A stretch of 64,000 bases of DNA from a phage. A program made the translations under genes and the position numbers. The notes under the pieces were generated by a model. That model saw only the letters and a list, made by a program, of their open reading frames with translations. It did not search any database and had not been told where the DNA came from. Below, piece after piece: positions 62,738 through 64,000 of the stretch. The DNA is taken from the sequence record PZ049694.1; one strand, given 5' to 3'. Numbering within the stretch: position 1 is the first letter of the stretch; every line of letters begins with the position of its first letter.

Positions 62738-63472
62738 TTACCTTAAGATTGTTTCAATTTTAGAATAAAGCTCTTCTAAAGAGCCGTCGTTTGTAATAAC
62801 TAAATCGCCTTCTTCAATAGGCAACCCAGCTTCTGTAATATGTTTATCGGTGGATTCCGTACCAGAGCGAACCACATGAATAACTGTAGCACCCATCGCT
62901 CTAGCGGTTTCCATTTCATGGACTTGACGTGTATCGGTTACGACATAGTAATCGAAATCACTTCCAATATAATCCATATAGTTTAATGCAAAAAGTTTAA
63001 CCCAATACATACGGTCAAATAAATTAACGACAACATCCGTACCGAGGGCTTGCATAAGACGGCGGATTGACCATGTGTCGTTGATATTATTTATAGCTTC
63101 ACGCAGGGCTTCATATGGTTTAATATCTAGATACGAATATCCACCTTCTAACGATGATAATACTTTAACATTATTAATTGGTAAATATTGACTTTGCAAA
63201 TAAATTAGCGCTTCTTCCAATAATTCAATAACATCCAACTTATTGAGATTTAATGGTGTTTCACGGTCGTATCCAATGCCTTCAAAGTATTCGTATTTCA
63301 ACTCTGTGAATACATCAGGGTTTTCAGCATGCCTACGTCCCCAGGCTATTGCTAGAGCGTCTTTAATCGGATATGCCAATTGGTATTTTACGGATTTAAA
63401 GTTTGAATTGATGTAATCGGCAGTGGTGTCTTTACCACTACGTTTGATGCCGCTTAAAAAGATTAGCTCCAT
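62738..63472 (-). CDS. 1: deoxynucleoside monophosphate kinase gp1
   Basis: 244 aa; P-loop LSGIKRSGKDTTAD; RRLMQALGTDVVVN and MYWVKLFAL as remembered for T4 gp1. Confidence 0.9.
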   Translation of the reverse strand: MELIFLSGIKRSGKDTTADYINSNFKSVKYQLAYPIKDALAIAWGRRHAENPDVFTELKYEYFEGIGYDRETPLNLNKLDVIELLEEALIYLQSQYLPINNVKVLSSLEGGYSYLDIKPYEALREAINNINDTWSIRRLMQALGTDVVVNLFDRMYWVKLFALNYMDYIGSDFDYYVVTDTRQVHEMETARAMGATVIHVVRSGTESTDKHITEAGLPIEEGDLVITNDGSLEELYSKIETILR

Positions 63473-63525
63473 AGGTTTTCCTCATATAATTTATGAGTGA
63501 TTATAACATACGGAGCTAGAAGCGA

Positions 63526-63987
63526 TTAACGCAAGGAAGGGTGTCTAGAAATGGATTTAGATTCGACTGCTTGACGTGGTTGTTGAGATACAATGACTTC
63601 GCCATCCTTTTCTATCGTCATATATGCGTAGTGAATAGTTGCTACGCACGTAACAGCAGGGTCAGAGTCTTCAGTGTAACTAAATTCAATTTCACTCAAA
63701 TCAGAAATCCATGGTTTATAGAAATTTGCCGTCAAAACTACTTCGGTCTTATTGTTGTTTAAAATGTGCAAAGTAACAAACTCAGGACCATCAGAGTGGG
63801 CCGTATTATGTCCGGTTATATAGTTATTAGTGCTGAGCATCCATTTATACATGTTCATCCAGGACGTCATGTCTTCATCAACTATAAATCGTACAACAAA
63901 AGGGTCGTATTCAAATGTGGTGCCTGCACGCATCGCACGTCCTAACCCCATTGTGCCTGTCACAGTTTCAACAACAGGAATTCTCAC
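63526..63987 (-). CDS. gene-3-like protein (by position); true N-terminus may lie beyond the window
   Basis: 153-aa ORF upstream of gene 1; start 13 nt from the window edge. Confidence 0.4.
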   Translation of the reverse strand: MRIPVVETVTGTMGLGRAMRAGTTFEYDPFVVRFIVDEDMTSWMNMYKWMLSTNNYITGHNTAHSDGPEFVTLHILNNNKTEVVLTANFYKPWISDLSEIEFSYTEDSDPAVTCVATIHYAYMTIEKDGEVIVSQQPRQAVESKSISRHPSLR

Positions 63988-64000
63988 ACCTGGTAATGGA

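Overview
This window reads as a contiguous early/middle-region segment of a T4-like (Tevenvirinae) myovirus genome, almost entirely transcribed on the minus strand. Gene order follows T4 synteny: soc, 56 (dCTPase), 61 (primase), sp, 41 (helicase), uvsX, a 42-like hydroxymethylase, 43 (DNA polymerase), regA, 62/44 (clamp loader), 45 (clamp), 46/47 (recombination nuclease), 55 (late sigma), nrdG/nrdD, 49 (Endo VII), nrdC, rI, tk, regB, a GrcA-like glycyl-radical cofactor, denV, e (lysozyme), nudE, two tRNAs, internal proteins, 57B/57A, 1 (dNMP kinase), and the start of a gene-3-like ORF. All homology calls come from motifs and remembered T4 protein sequences; no database search was run. The main finding is a gene module between uvsX and gene 43 (8915-15466). 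It encodes a KdsD-type sugar-phosphate isomerase, a HAD phosphatase, a fused sugar-1-phosphate nucleotidyltransferase/APH-type kinase, a Cys-rich 386-aa enzyme, a 299-aa unknown protein and a TMP-kinase-like kinase, wrapped around the 42-like gene. No alpha-gt or beta-gt homolog was recognised. I infer a pathway that builds an NDP-pentose (probably D-arabinose) and transfers it to hydroxymethyl-cytosine DNA. The hyperplastic regions (about 26-29 kb, 32-43 kb, 51-61 kb) carry many small ORFs, repeated early-promoter/stem-loop cassettes, TATAAATA late promoters, UUCG-tetraloop terminators, and several small paralogous gene families. The ORF track uses TTG/GTG as well as ATG starts; where an internal ATG with a Shine-Dalgarno fits better I give the shortened coordinates. 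Motif coordinates were counted by hand and may be off by a base or two.
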